Source: Ruditapes philippinarum
Taxonomy: Eukaryota
NCBI RefSeq assembly: GCF_026571515.1
Contig: NW_026854290.1
Coordinates: 124,001-188,000, forward strand
Length of the DNA stretch: 64,000 nucleotides
Reading direction: 5' to 3'
The translations under genes and the position numbers were made by a program. The notes beneath the pieces were generated by a model. It was not told where the DNA came from and searched no databases. It saw only the letters and a program-made list of their open reading frames with translations. Position 1 is the stretch's first letter; the number at the start of each line of letters is the position of its first letter. Positions 50,509 through 64,000 of this stretch are shown here, piece by piece.

Positions 50509-53500
50509 AGAAATTAGACAAAACACGTGTTTTAAAACGAAAATAAAGCCACCACTCTTGTCAGTGTGTTGTAAGATAAAAGTCTGAAAGAAACTTTTCA
50601 GTGTGTTTTATTGGCTTTGAATACTCATGAAATTCCTAAACCTACTAAACATATTTTGTTCTGGAACACTTTAAATATCTTTTTAACGTACAATTTTCAT
50701 GCATGTTAAATTAAATAGATATTCTATGTTTCAAAAGGTTACGAAAACAAATTAATTTTTAATAATGTTTAAGTATTTTGTCAGAAGAAGAAGATCAGCT
50801 TTATTCTTTCACAAATATCACAATACACCATTGACAAAGCCATTATAGCTCATAGTCACATTTTTGGTATATACGCTTATGAATTGATAATGGAGTTAGT
50901 CAATAACAAATTTGTCAATACAGTAAACAATGTATATGTAAAAATAATAAGATGCAAAAAAAAGCAGGATACACTACTCTTTCAAGATTTGAATGCATTC
51001 TATTCGTTCTTACTTCTCTTGCAATACAAAATATCTTGTTTCAGACTAGAAAAAGACGAGTAGTAGTGTTCCGTTTTGAAAATATCTGTTCCTGTTTATT
51101 ATTGAATCTTAAATTTATTTTGCATCTTATTTTTGGTATTATTTGTATAAAACAATTTTCTACCATGCTAGCATACACACGCACGCACGCACACACACAC
51201 ACACACAGACATAGAATGACTATAGCTATAATGACAATAATACATATAAGGAACAGGTGGGGACAGCAGTTTTCGTATGTAATAATTTAACAAGATACAA
51301 TGTTTAAAATAAGCAGTAAGATTCTTTTTTTCTCTACATAAATAAAGTATCTTCGTAAATAAAAGCAATTGAATAGGTAATATTATATCAAACGGGTCGA
51401 ATTGAAATAATAATCCGTTTAGAAGTAATTTCTACAACTTTTACTATCAATGGCTCACGTACAATTGTGGCGTGGCTTCTAATAAAAGTGGCTGATGTTG
51501 TTGTACAAAAGCTTAAGAATTATGGGGATGCCAAATCTCAGTTTTACCTATTTACTACATATAGATGTTCTATATTTACTACATATATACATATGATATA
51601 TCTATCAATTCAAGACCTGTAAGTGCTGAATTGTTTAAGCATTTCTGACAAATAAATACAACCTTTTCGCATCGGCACAGCAAAAAGATTGCCAAACAAA
51701 GACAAGGTAAAATAATGCCTGAAACCTTTCTTAGATATAGACCCCAGTTACTAGACTTTCATCAAAAGTTTAATAGATTTCCATGCACCGTAAAGTAGAG
51801 GTTTATGCTAAAATATTTTAAAAGGAATGAAACGACATATAGAAAAATATATGAAACACCATTATGCCGTTGCTGAGTTGCTTGGCCTTGCGTACATGTT
51901 TCTGCTTCTTTATCACTCCAGAGGTAATAATTCCTGAATCTTTTCTGTCAAAATTTACTGTTTTTATTAATTCAATTTCTGGTTTTGAAGAAGTGATCAT
52001 TTTTATTATTTGTTTAATAATTTAACCTTTTCTGTAGGCACAATGAGACATTTTCGTTTGGCCTACGACGTCGTGTCAATACTTACTATGTGACAAATTC
52101 GCACGTATTTATATTTATATAACATGCATGGCGAAGTTTACTCGTGTTACGATTTCAAAAACATCTGTTTCTAGAAAAAGAATAAGAGTTACCTTAATCT
52201 TCTACATGTATTATGTAATGTTCTTTAATATTTTGCTCAGGAGTAGTAGTTTAAATAGTTTTATAATGGAGGAAAACATCTTTTCGTCAGGATGAGACAG
52301 TCTATGGAATGGAAACGAAAAGAAAACTAAGAAAAAACTGAACCATTTTTTTTATGAAAATAACTTTTAATTTATACTTAACGAACATTTATTTCAAACT
52401 TAACAAGTTTACAATATGTGCTGTAATATATCCTGTTCTTATTTTACCAAAAAATGATTATTTGAATAAACTTTTTAAATAAAAGCCTAAAACCAATTAC
52501 ATGTAAGAGACTTTAAAATGTAGTTATGAACTAAGAATATGTTAAACAACCTTAATGATTCTGTGCTACTAAACTAATAAATCTAAATAGTAGCAAGCCC
52601 TGCTAAGAAGAATAAAATCTAATAATCCAAGATGGCTGACACTTAGAACATACAAACTATATTATTAATTTATCTTAATTACTTTTAAAAAAGAAAATAC
52701 TAAAAGTACTAACAAATTTACAAAAAAGGTTTCCGTGAATTTTGAATATTTCTAAGGTTTAATTAACATTAGAGAGCTTTAAGAGATTTGATTTCTTTAA
52801 AAATAGGCAGCAAAATGTCAAACTCTCAAGATGCCCCGCTAGCTTCTACAAAACAGGTGGAACGGAATGTAACATCTTATCTGATTGGTCTGCAAATTAC
52901 AGCTAATCAGAATTTACTTAACAAATACATTTAGGCTTATCATTTTTAAGAACTATTTTACATAACTATTCTAAAAATAAATAATGCTTCATAAAAAAGT
53001 TTATGAAACAATATTAACATTTTCTGCAAACTTTAATATAAATAACAAAGTTCTTCAAAGTACTTAAAAGAATCAAAATGCAACTAAGAAACTAAACATC
53101 TTTATAAACATAATCATGTTAATGCTAAACTAAATTTAACAGCCAGTTTAAGTGAAAGTAGATTATTCTCTATATATTGAAAAGAATCTTGATGGATCTT
53201 GATCAGACTGCGCGGATGCCCGGGCTGGTCTGGATCCATGCTGGTCGCAAACGCACTATGTTGGTTTTGTCATGACGCGGCTCAAATGTCTATAAAACAG
53301 TGCATATTCCATACATAAACTAAAATCTAAGTTAAAGTTCAAAGTGACATGATGCTTATTTGTCTTAGTCAAGTGGAGCTGAATTGACTTTATATTTCAA
53401 AAGATTGACTGATATAATGGTGATTGACCAACTGTTGATATTGGAAAATGTTTAACTATAAAATACAAATTTTGCCTAAAATATAAAAGACTCGACTTTT

Positions 53501-54808
53501 TATAAATTATTGAACCTTACAAATTCCAATGAATATCTTATTATTTATAGAAATTTCAATTGGCCACATGAGTTATTTATCGTTCATGCGAAGTAAATTT
53601 TAAAATTTGAAAGGGATTATGGCAAAAAGTAAACTTATTTTGACTTTCACCTGTTCACCCACTTTCCTTTTCTCCGATGGGCATGTTGTCACTGAAAGCT
53701 GATTTCGTAAAACATATTCATGATGATTCTACATGATGTATTTCTTGAGTACATTATACAATATTGTGTAATGATTATAATTTTATAACCTGATGTTACT
53801 CTACAACAAAAGCATATATTTAACCTTGTGATGTTTCAAAATACATTCTCTATAGTAGTAAATGATTTATAAATTCTTGATAAAAATGCAAAACATAGGG
53901 GTTCTGACCTAAGAAGTTCTTGTGATCATAGTGATACATAGTGTTTATAATATTTCTCTTATTAAACTGAAGTAGTGATTTGCTCAGTGTCTTGAGTAAT
54001 AAATTACATTTATATAGTATAAAATACATGCTGCATGCCTCAAGACATGCCGATTTTTCAAGAAAATCAATTTGAAATAACGTGCTAAGATTTTAAGACA
54101 AGTAAAAAGATTCACGTAATAATTAACATGTTATGTGCGATTAATGACTGAATTTGCAGTACCTATTTCTATTGCGTGACTATCGTATTAAGGGCGAATA
54201 TTGCATATTTTGACCTCTTTTTGGCAATATTCGTGGATTGTATGGGCTTTGTGCTATGTGTAATTAACTTTCTTTGTTCACTCCACATTATTTTACTTTT
54301 GAATACATTTTCATTTTTTTTTTCATAAAAATAGCATAAATTTGGAGGTGGGCTGCTTTAATCGTACGCATGGAAATATAATTCAGTTTATCAATAAAAT
54401 CTATAAAAATTACACACTTTATAAATTCAAACAAGTGTCGCATGAATGCTTGTATTATCCAAAACTGATAATATACAATTTTAAATACAATATACAATAC
54501 AATATTAAAGTTTACATCAATTTGAATTTGAATCCGGGAAAATCTAATTTGAAAACTTGCTTCTCATCTATAATTAAAACGAAGCTACATGTCCGACATC
54601 AACTCGACAGAAGACTGAAAATCCAAATAAACGGTTTGTCGGGAGCTGTCTTTTACCACAGATTTATCTAACATTTGTTATAACTTTTCCTTTTTAGTGC
54701 AATAAGATATTTTTTTTTTAACTTTCTGTAGCAATAAATAGTTATATATATTCTTATAACCTAGTCTTCAATTCTCCTTTTAAGTTTGTATCATTAGTTC
54801 CAATCTTG

Positions 54809-57800
54809 TTATCCCGATGTTATGGCTATACATTTCCGTTTAAAGTTACCACTTTCAGCAGTGTCGATCATAAACCTTGCTGCGTCACGTCTGCAGCAGC
54901 CGTAGGGCTTCTCAGACGGCACGTACCGTCCTTCATGAAATAACACTGCGGCACCTAAAAGCAGAAAATACATTGTGGTCAAATAATAGATCTTTGACAA
55001 TAACAATATGAAACCTTAGACTGATTATCGATCAAATATCAAAACTTGTTAAAAATTTATTTACAAATTAAAAGTACTTTGAAAATCTCTAGTCCAGTTC
55101 CTCCTCGATAATTAATAGGTTTTTACGCTTATATATACATGTATATCTAAATTTTCAATTGTACGAGGGATGATGAAAATGTTCACAAAACAGTATTCTA
55201 AAACGTTTTTAACCGTTTATCTAAATAAATCTATATATATAGATCCACATTTTAGATTAATTTAACAAATAAATATTTGTAAACTGGTTTCTGCTAAGTT
55301 TTTAAGATGCTGGGCATTATATGAACAAACCTGTAGTTTCTTTATTTGTGAGTTCAGGCGGACGGACGGACGTATAATCAATATCCGGGCATTCTTCTTC
55401 CATAAAGTCTTCCATTTCCCCCATGTTGTTAAGAAGCTTACGGAGAAATAATGGTTTAACGACCCAGTTTATAATAAAAGGGTCCGTGCTGTCATCTAAA
55501 AAATAGGGATGGTAAACGGAAGTTCACAATTTCAAATTAACATATAAAATTGTTGGTAACAAATTTACGTCTCCATAATGCCCTAATTAGTTAAAACAGA
55601 GATAGCTTTTCTTTATTTTCACACTACGTGTATAACGTTTATTACATAGCCATTACATAGAGGATATTTGTTTGTTTGCATGTAATATTGAAATATAGCC
55701 TAATTTCACTGAGTGAACACCAGATGTAATATTTTCACGAGTGGCGTAGCCACGAGTGAAAATAGAATAGCCGTTGTTCACGAATGAAATATATTTCAAT
55801 CTTATATGTAAAATTAATAAATTTTCATTTTATTTCATGATTTTTTTTTAGCGATTTTAAGCGTTATTTACTGATTTTGCCGCGTAACGTCGCAAATTCT
55901 CCTTTATGACGTCATCACATCATGACGTAACATATTTTTCTCTTCATTTTTTTACATTTTTGATATTATGTTTGCTGACATCGACTTGCTTTTTCTAAAG
56001 AAGCCAAATTTACGTATGACAGCATTTATGTTTGCCTGCTATTCCATTTAGTTATGATTTTCTTTTCATCCGCATTCAGATATATAGTCCGGCTACAGTG
56101 AAAATTATAGATCTTTTTTTATAAATTTCACTAGTGGTTTATCAGAATATAATCATCTGATATATTGCAATAAAACACTTGAAAGCATGAAAAAAAATCC
56201 TTCAGAGACACATTAAAGGTTTCATGATAACCGCCATATGAACACATCTGCCGATGTTTCTACATTCTAAATTTCACCAGTTTTCGTGTTTAAATGTTGA
56301 ATTCTGCATAAGCTGGTGCTAGGCGGCGTGGGCAGTTACTTGAACTTTCCAATACCGTCCATGAACAGGCTAAACCAAACCGAGCCTGCACATTTCAATT
56401 TTGCCGTGTTGAACTTTCTTTAGGGATTCTGTTTTTCTCTATTTTCAGACCAAGAGTAAAAAGAGAAGGGTTTTGTGATTATGTCATTGATAGAGAAAAC
56501 TGACGAATAGAACAGTTGCTGCTCTTAGGATTGTTCTGATTAATGTAATAGCCAGATCTATCAGCTTTATAAAAGATTTTTATGATTTCTGAAAATACAT
56601 CGATAGCCAAGTAAAACGATAAAAGTTCTCTGAACAAATTAAAACATAAAAGTTTCCTGAAAACACATCTAGATCCTTAACAAATTTTAAAAAATTGAAA
56701 ATACCCGTTGATAAGTAACAAAGAAAAATTATAAAAGTTTTCTAAATTAAGATCTACAATTAAAGCGATAAAATATTTCTGATAATACACTGTAATAAAC
56801 TAAAATGATAAAATAATATTCGCTTAATTATACAAGTTTGACTAGATTTTTTTCTCTGTGTACCAAACTCTCTAACAAGCAATAGTAGAAATTTATCGAA
56901 AGCATTGTTTCGATAGTACATTGGCGTAACAGTAAAACATTCATATCAGCTTAACATGATGCAAAACTACAAACAAATTTACTTACATTTTGTATACCAA
57001 GAAGACATAAAAATATATCGTTTAACGTTGGCCTTCCTGAGCGCTACCACGATAGATTTTGCACAGTCAGTATGGAAGGTTATGTTCCGAAGATTGAACA
57101 AACTTGAACCACAGCCTAGACACGATAGCACAGCATCTTGACCTTGGAAGTGCGGCTCCAGTGAGTCCGGGTCAAAAATATTTGCCTTCACAATCTGAAA
57201 ATAAAATTTTTATTCATTGGGAAGTAATACAACTTAATACATGTAGAAAAAAAGAAAAGACCAAATTTCAGATATAAACTCAAATAATGTGGCGTAGAAC
57301 CGAGTCTGTAACATTAACAATGGTGTCCTTTATGGCTTTAGCAGCCATGGTCTTTCAAAAAGAATTGAAAGACCCTGGCGGCTTAAGGGATTCTTTTTTA
57401 TCTGCTGCGTGCGATTCATATCTCATTTAACCTAATAACACATGCCATAACTTTCACAAAGACGGTGGTTCCAACGCAGCAGCAGTGGAGCATTCTTCGC
57501 AGACTTTGTCTCAAAAAATTATTATATGACAACACCTTTCCTTGATGATCTTGTTGTTTGCCATAACTGCCCCTGAACGTGTATACGGATAGTGATATCA
57601 TGCCACATTGATATCTTGGCAGTCCTAGGATACGACAATTATGCCACTTTGAAATAAGCTGCAAGTCAGTGGTATAATCGTATCATATATGAGTTAGTAT
57701 TTTGCTTGAACCTTAGTTAATACGCGAGATTTTCCTTTTAAAGTAAAACCGTCTGACTTCTGGGATTAACTTGTCTCTTTGCTTCTTCGCGAAGCTTTTA

Positions 57801-59886
57801 CGGATGAAACCTTCATAACCGACACAAAATACATCCTCGCCAGTCAAAGGTTATTAAGAAAATTCAAATTGTCTGGTCGTCAAAAGAGAAGTGTCAGTCA
57901 TATTGACAGATCTTCTGATAACAATAAATACCTCTTAAAGTACATCTTAACAACCAATCTGGTCGACAGCCTTAGTTGACATGCTAAATATTTCACATTG
58001 AGTTGCATATTCTGTTCATTTAGATATTCGATTCCAGAAACTTTATGAAATTACCTAATCTCTGGTTGAAATTTACATGTGTATAATCAAACATATGCGA
58101 GTTGCGTGCTGCACTTTTTAAGATTTTTTTCTGTCATCTTAAAAGGATGATTATATAAACTGTTAACAAACAAGGCTTTGTTACTAAAACGTATATTTAA
58201 GAAACAATAAAGAGAAGGTACCTGCAGCAATGTTGCAGATTCACTGTCATCAGGGAAAATGGTCAATATTGTTTTAGTAAATGCAGCCAAAAATGTCTTT
58301 TAACATTTGTAACTTTTGTAAGACATCTCAACATGAGATGTCTCTGTCAATAAAACATCATTTATGGCATTTCCCTTTTTACCAGGGTGCCCCCACCAGC
58401 CTTACCAGCTGAAAAACAGATTAAGGTAAATTTTAAACATTTGTTTTTGGATTTTCTTAAACTTTAACAACATAACATCTCTTTAGTTTTCTGGTGCTTG
58501 AAAGCAGTTAATTTGGCAGTGATTAGCCCTATACTAAATTGTTCATCACCTTTTCCAAGGGTTTAATTGAAAAATCTTCTCATCTTCAAGTTTCTCTGCA
58601 GGGTCTTCGAACAAACTAATGACTATAATATGTAATTTTGATACTGTGTGACTCGAGTTATATTACTAGACATCTGAAGAAATAGAAGTAATACAGACAA
58701 AAACAAGATTAACCTTGAAAATGAAGGGCGACCAACTCTTACACAAGCAGCAGACCACGTGATCATGCACTGCATTTTTTTGGAAGATAATATATCTATT
58801 TTAGTATTAAATTACACTCTAATAGTTTCATTTAAATGTTTTCCTAAAAAAAACCATAAAATTTGATAGTCATCTATAGATCATGTTGATGCACTTAAAG
58901 TAGACAAATATACAAAGATAATAAAGAGAGCTCATAAATCGAGTTTAAGTACGTAAAAAAACGTTGCAACGTTTTATTTATTTTATTTTTTTTTTTGGGG
59001 GGGGGGGGGGGGCGGGGGGGAATCATTTTGTACAATTGCACCAGACCTACGGGATAAGGTACACATGTCCAGTAGTCCCTTTAACTTTAGATGAAAGCTC
59101 TTTTGTCAGAATAGCACACATTAATAAGCTTCTAGCATTTTCTTTAAATTAAAAAGATTTACTTCTTCGCATCTTTGCTTGTTTTTTATGTTCTCCGAAG
59201 GGAGAGCATATAGTCGCCGCCTTGTCCGTCTGTCCGTCCTTCCGTTTGTCCTTCTGTCCGTCCGTTGTCATGATCGGAGCCTAACTTAAAAACCCGTGGG
59301 GATAATTTGTTTAAACTTCACACTGTGGTAGAGGGCATTAAAGGGAATGCAGTGTCAAAGAACTATAACTCTATTTTGCCCCGTTTTTTTAATGATCTCC
59401 CCTTTTATAAAAATCTTGTCCGGGACATACCTCTAAAACTATAGGAGGAGGTATCAACATGAAACTTTGTAGGTAAAAAGATCTCAATGGGAAGATGTGC
59501 AGTGCACGTGATTGATAACTCTTTTTGTCTAATTTTGAGTTATTGCCCTTTGTTCATTTTAACACTATGAACTTTGTCCGGAACATAATATTCCCTACAA
59601 ATTAGATCAAAATGTTTGTTTTACTCAAATCAGATTTATTCTTTCACTAGTAGCGTTGCCTTATGCAGATCTGACATGCGCTGGAATTAGTCTGTTGCTG
59701 TGTGTAAATTGGTCTACATATGTATGTTAAAAACCATGTTAATGCACTTACCTTCAATCTATAATGCTTTTCCTTAAGTTTATCTGGGTTACGAACAATT
59801 GCTGTCACGTCATGGCCTCTTTCTAACGCCTCATTTACAACTAGTGTACCAGAACGCCCCGTTCCGCCTAGAACTGCAATTTTCAT
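54809..59886 (-). CDS. BLVRB: Flavin reductase (NADPH) / biliverdin reductase B-like, copy C, 217 aa
   Basis: Exons 59752-59886, 56987-57194, 55331-55495, 54809-54954; same lengths and phases. MKIAVLGGTGRSG, GQDAVLSCLG, YTSVRPPEL. Confidence 0.9.
59182..59590 (+). mobile_element. Truncated HINE-like element in intron 1 of BLVRB copy C
   Basis: ttttttatgttctccgaagggagagcatatag 5' hairpin, (gtcc)n tract, about 2 degenerate core units. Confidence 0.65.
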
Positions 59887-61446
59887 TCCCAAAACAATAA
59901 AATATTCTCTGCAAATCGTAAAACACTCGTTAATTTGACACCAGCTAAATTATATAATGTGCATATGTAATACGTTTGACACTACTGAAGTTACATTCTA
60001 AAGAAAAATGTTCCGCAACGATAAGCATGTGCAGCATGTGTGCAGGTTGCACAATATAAAGTGCACGCGTGTGATCTTAGATCAGTGGTTTCATAATTTT
60101 ATTATAGGGTATCTCATTATCTCTATACCCTATTTATACTTGTCTCTTTGATACCAGTTTGAAATGCAAACATCACATTACTTCAAGTGAATTTTGACTG
60201 AAGATGACCACACTATCCGATGAGATGCGGTTATTTTAGTTTAAAGTCACAAAAACTTATACTTTCTCCTGATAATAAATCCTTTTTTCATAAGATTCGT
60301 AAACGTCAACATTTCGTCATTAAATATTCCAAACCATACCTTCAAAAAAGCTTTTCTGTTAAAGTTATAAGGTATTTAAGTTTGAGTGTCATCAAAATTT
60401 TAGTAACGTCATCTGCTGTTCGCCCCTTTTTAATGATAACATCGACAGCAATTCATCGGCAAGAATGAAACAATTTTCAGCGCTATTTGTGCTACGGTAA
60501 CTAGGAAAGAGTAAAACTTTTTTGTTCATTTAAAATATTACTTAATTCATGATACTTTCTAATTATATTATTTTTATTATTATTTTCTATTATTTGTTGT
60601 ACCTAAGCTGAAAGACACTTATCTCCATTTACCACACTGTATTTCAATATAAAAAGGTAACAAAAGTGAAAGGCGCATACTCGTTTAGATTTATTTGAAG
60701 TGTAACCCAAGTTCCCGAAGACTGGGCGAACACTGGGCGTGTGAAAAAAAGATAGTTATCAGTCTGGTCTATAAACCTTAGGGGGGGGGGCTTTTGTTTG
60801 ATGGACTGGGGGGGGGGGGGGGGCTTCTGTCCTACCTGTATTTTTGATGGGGGGGGGGCTTTTGTCAACCTTGTCATTTTTAAATGGCGGGGCTTCTGTC
60901 CGATGTTGGGGGGGGGGGGCTTTTGTTGTACACTCGGCGATTGGATATGATAATCAAACTATAACTTTTTTTCTGAGACTTACTACAGGAAATTGTTAAT
61001 TAACAGTGTTTTTTTATATTAAAGAGGCTACCATGTGGCCGAGCAGTCAATTGTCTGCTTTTCAAATCACTTAGCACTGTAGGTCAAGAAATTTACATTA
61101 TTTTTTGTGAGGAAGCGATCCAGCAAACAGTATATTGTATTTTATTTTTTGATTACTACATGTATTTTAATACTAAGTTTCAGCAAGTATGTCGTTATTT
61201 TTATTTACAAATGTAAGTTGAAAAGGTCCCTCAAACAGTTATAGACATTTAAACAAAATCAACAAATTCAATCATATTAACAGTAACAGCTTACAATATA
61301 ATAATAATTAAAAAAAACAATTGACAGAAAAAGGTCACAAAACCAAAATATTTAACAATATTACACGAGTAATAAACAAAGGGTCATATTTTTGTAAAAT
61401 ATATATAAATATGAAAGAAAATATGTACCAGGGTGCTAGATAACAA

Positions 61447-63621
61447 TCAGAATGTGAAAGTCTGGTTGGTATTCCTAGATAATTTTTCGGTAGAAATTGA
61501 AAACGCCAAGAAGCATACGCTTCCGTGGACATTTACAAATCTAAAAAACACATTTTTGTTAAAGAAAATCTGGTTAAAGTATGGAATATAAATCGGACAG
61601 ATTAGATTGAAGCAAAATACATTTTGATCGTTAACGAAAAGCTTTTCATAGGCAATATACGTTTCAAATATAAACAATAACACCACCAACAACATAAAGT
61701 CGGTTTGATAGTCAAAATATTATCCTCATCACATGAAACATTGTTACCTTAACGAAATAATATGCATAATATTCTCGAAATAGTTTTATCACAGAAAATA
61801 TTCAAATTAATAGAAAATACGATTGTTTTCAAGCAATATGAAGGATAGTGTTATGCTAATTTGTCCTTTTTTTTTGGGGGGGGGGGGATATAACAATTCG
61901 ATAAAGAACACTGTCATATTCACACTAGCCACTTCGCACACCCAGCAAGATGCAACAACTGTTTTTGTTTTTTTTATATATATAATAGTGTTTCTATGTG
62001 AAATACGTGTGTAAAAATTTAATAGCTTTTCACTATAATTTCTTTCATTTTCTGTGCATACTCTCGGACTTTCACCGTCACACCACCGCCGCCCGACGAT
62101 CTTTTAATTACAACACAACCTGAAAGAGCAATACAAAAATACAAACATTTCATATCAGCTGCAAAATACAAACGTAAAGATATATTTCTATATATTTAAA
62201 CCGATGGAAGTCCTGTAAAATATCTTAATATATGTCAATGTCTCTACTAGCCATTGAACTCATGTGTACACTTAACAAAAGTTCTAACCGATCACTTTTT
62301 AGATTTTGATTATTTTATAACGGGTCAATAGATCCTTATTAAATTTTGCAGAGGTGATTTTTGTGTCATTTTCTACCGATTTGTGGAAAGAAAAATAATT
62401 TAATACGGTTTCATGTACTCGCGTGGGAGACAGGGCGCGGTTTACACATTTTGGCACGAAATGTTCATGCAGAGCGTGGTGAGTATTATATTTAACATTG
62501 CATAAATCCTTGTTAACTTTATAAGTGAAAAAACATAAAACATAGCACGAATGTCGATGCAGGATCGTGCCGTAGCAGTTGGAATGTTGAATGCTGGAGC
62601 CTCAATCAGACAGGTGAGTGGCTGGTCATAAATTCTTTTTTTTAAAATACCGATAAAGTATTGTTTAAATAGAAAATGTTATAATGTTATTATTCTCAAT
62701 ATGTTCATTCTCTTCGAAATAAAATAAAAGTCGGATCTATTAGTATTATTCTTTTTCATGTATAAGCGAAAACTCAGGGTGATCGGTTAGAATTTTTGTT
62801 CAGTGTATTGTAAACAAACAAGTTGATCGGTATAACGATGTACTCTCTTTTTCAAAAGCAAAGATTTTAACTTACATCGTATGCTGTTGCTTAACTAATG
62901 CTTAAAGCATACTAAGTCGATGCGTATGCTACGTTTAGTATGGCGATGAACGAGTACAATTAAAACAAGAATATTGCGTGCATTTTAAATCAGTGGAAAT
63001 GCGACGGGGTGGGCATTGACTTTGTCGGAGGAGTGGGGGCTGTCATTTGATTTCGGTCAAGTGGACGAAGAACTTGTCCTGCCTAAAACTTCTATTTTCT
63101 ATTGACAAGGAGACCATAATAATAATGAAAAAATAATTGTGCATGGATCCATCAACTGTCTTACTCTTATTATAAACAGTAATTATCAGATAAGTCAGTA
63201 CAAAAAGAATTTCACCACAACATATTTGTTAGCACATGTCAAGGTTTGTAGTAAAATCTTGAAAATCAAATGAAAGGTCAGAGAAGAGATCAGCTTAATT
63301 GTATATTCAAAGGATAACTATCAACACTTCTTTAACAACCCTTTTGTTAACACTTGTTTTGAGAAGCAGAACATCTTATCACATTAATTTTTTGTATACT
63401 TACAAGCAATAAGCACAATTATCACAGCAAGTATTCCGGCTATTGGGAAAATCAAATACGTCCATTCAGAGGTTGTGTCTAACGGCTCCGATGATTGGCT
63501 GTCACGATTTATATCAGGCTGTTTGGTTGGTTTGTTGTAAACATTGTCTGTGACTGAACCTGATTGTTTGAATGAATTACTTCCAGAAATAGTAACCCGC
63601 GAAATAAATGCGGTTTTTGTT
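61447..63621 (-). CDS. 3' part of an uncharacterized single-pass (type I) membrane protein; 5' exons beyond the window end
   Basis: Exons 63404-63621, 62062-62119, 61447-61540 join in phase: ..TKTAFISRVTISG..SEPLDTTSEWTYLIFPIAGILAVIIVLIACCVVIKRSSGGGGVTVKVREFVNVHGSVCFLAFSISTEKLSRNTNQTFTF*. S/T-rich stalk, TM helix, CC and KR after the helix. The last exon is least certain. Confidence 0.6.
62269..62805 (+). mobile_element. Internally deleted Tc1/mariner element (TA TSD) retaining the transposase N-terminus
   Basis: ta|cacttaacaaaagttctaaccgatcac ... gtgatcggttagaatttttgttcagtg|ta. 62542-62613 reads (I)ARMSMQDRAVAVGMLNAGASIRQ|gtgagt, resembling a Tc1 N-terminal HTH start. Confidence 0.8.
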
Positions 63622-63939
63622 CTAAAAATAAATTATACTATATTATTATAAATAATTAGAATATAATTTAACACCGCAACATTTTTGAAAGATGGCTAAG
63701 CATGATACAGTAAAAAGTTCATGGAAGCTATGTCATTTCCTAACGATTTTACTCGTCAGAGGTAATTAAGCGGACTGTAGCATTCATTATGATAATTATC
63801 AAGTCATGTGTACCCTGAAGTCATGATTTAAGTTACTTATTCACTATAATGACTGATTTTTATCAAACTACTGATTTACGGTGACAAATCAGGGGAGATA
63901 AGTAAAACTTTCTTTTCCATTAACGAGCCATCCCCTTAA

Positions 63940-64000
63940 CCCATTACTTCATGAGCATTTTGTGAAAAATGGCTGTTTTCATTGAAAAGTCTCCCGTTAC
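63940..64000. mobile_element. Left end of a piggyBac-type MITE (same family as 28308-28931), cut off by the window end
   Basis: ttaa|cccattacttcatgagcatt..gaaaaatggctgttttcattgaaaag matches 28308-28357. Confidence 0.7.

Noticed and set aside
57300-58740. Possible decayed coding sequence in intron 1 of BLVRB copy C
   Set aside because: Composition is slightly coding-like, but the ORFs are short and I recognise no motif; needs BLASTx.

Overview
AT-rich eukaryotic (animal) genomic DNA with spliceosomal introns and two N gaps (42989-43120, 50368-50508). The repeat content (HINE-like elements carrying ~170-bp satellite units, tRNA-derived SINEs, Kolobok/Sola/Harbinger-type MITEs) suggests a bivalve mollusc; this is inference. 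I built gene models by hand from splice sites and phase. They are: the 3' end of a Cys-rich, probably GPI-anchored protein with a GC-AG intron (+); a single-exon FAM43-like PTB protein (-); a 15-exon, ~1089-aa TRIM E3 ligase with long N-terminal extension-RING-BB1-BB2-coiled coil-filamin-SPRY architecture (-); an SLC19 thiamine/folate transporter (-); three intact 4-exon BLVRB/flavin reductase paralogs (-) with a two-exon small HSP (+) between copies B and C; and the 3' end of a type I membrane protein (-). The most notable signals are the TRIM architecture with an X-box/forkhead pair at its start, a 30-bp repeat made from the TRIM's own stop-codon region, divergence at active-site-equivalent residues among the BLVRB paralogs, and repeats carrying arrays of RFX- or ARE-like motifs. 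I see no prokaryotic-type system.
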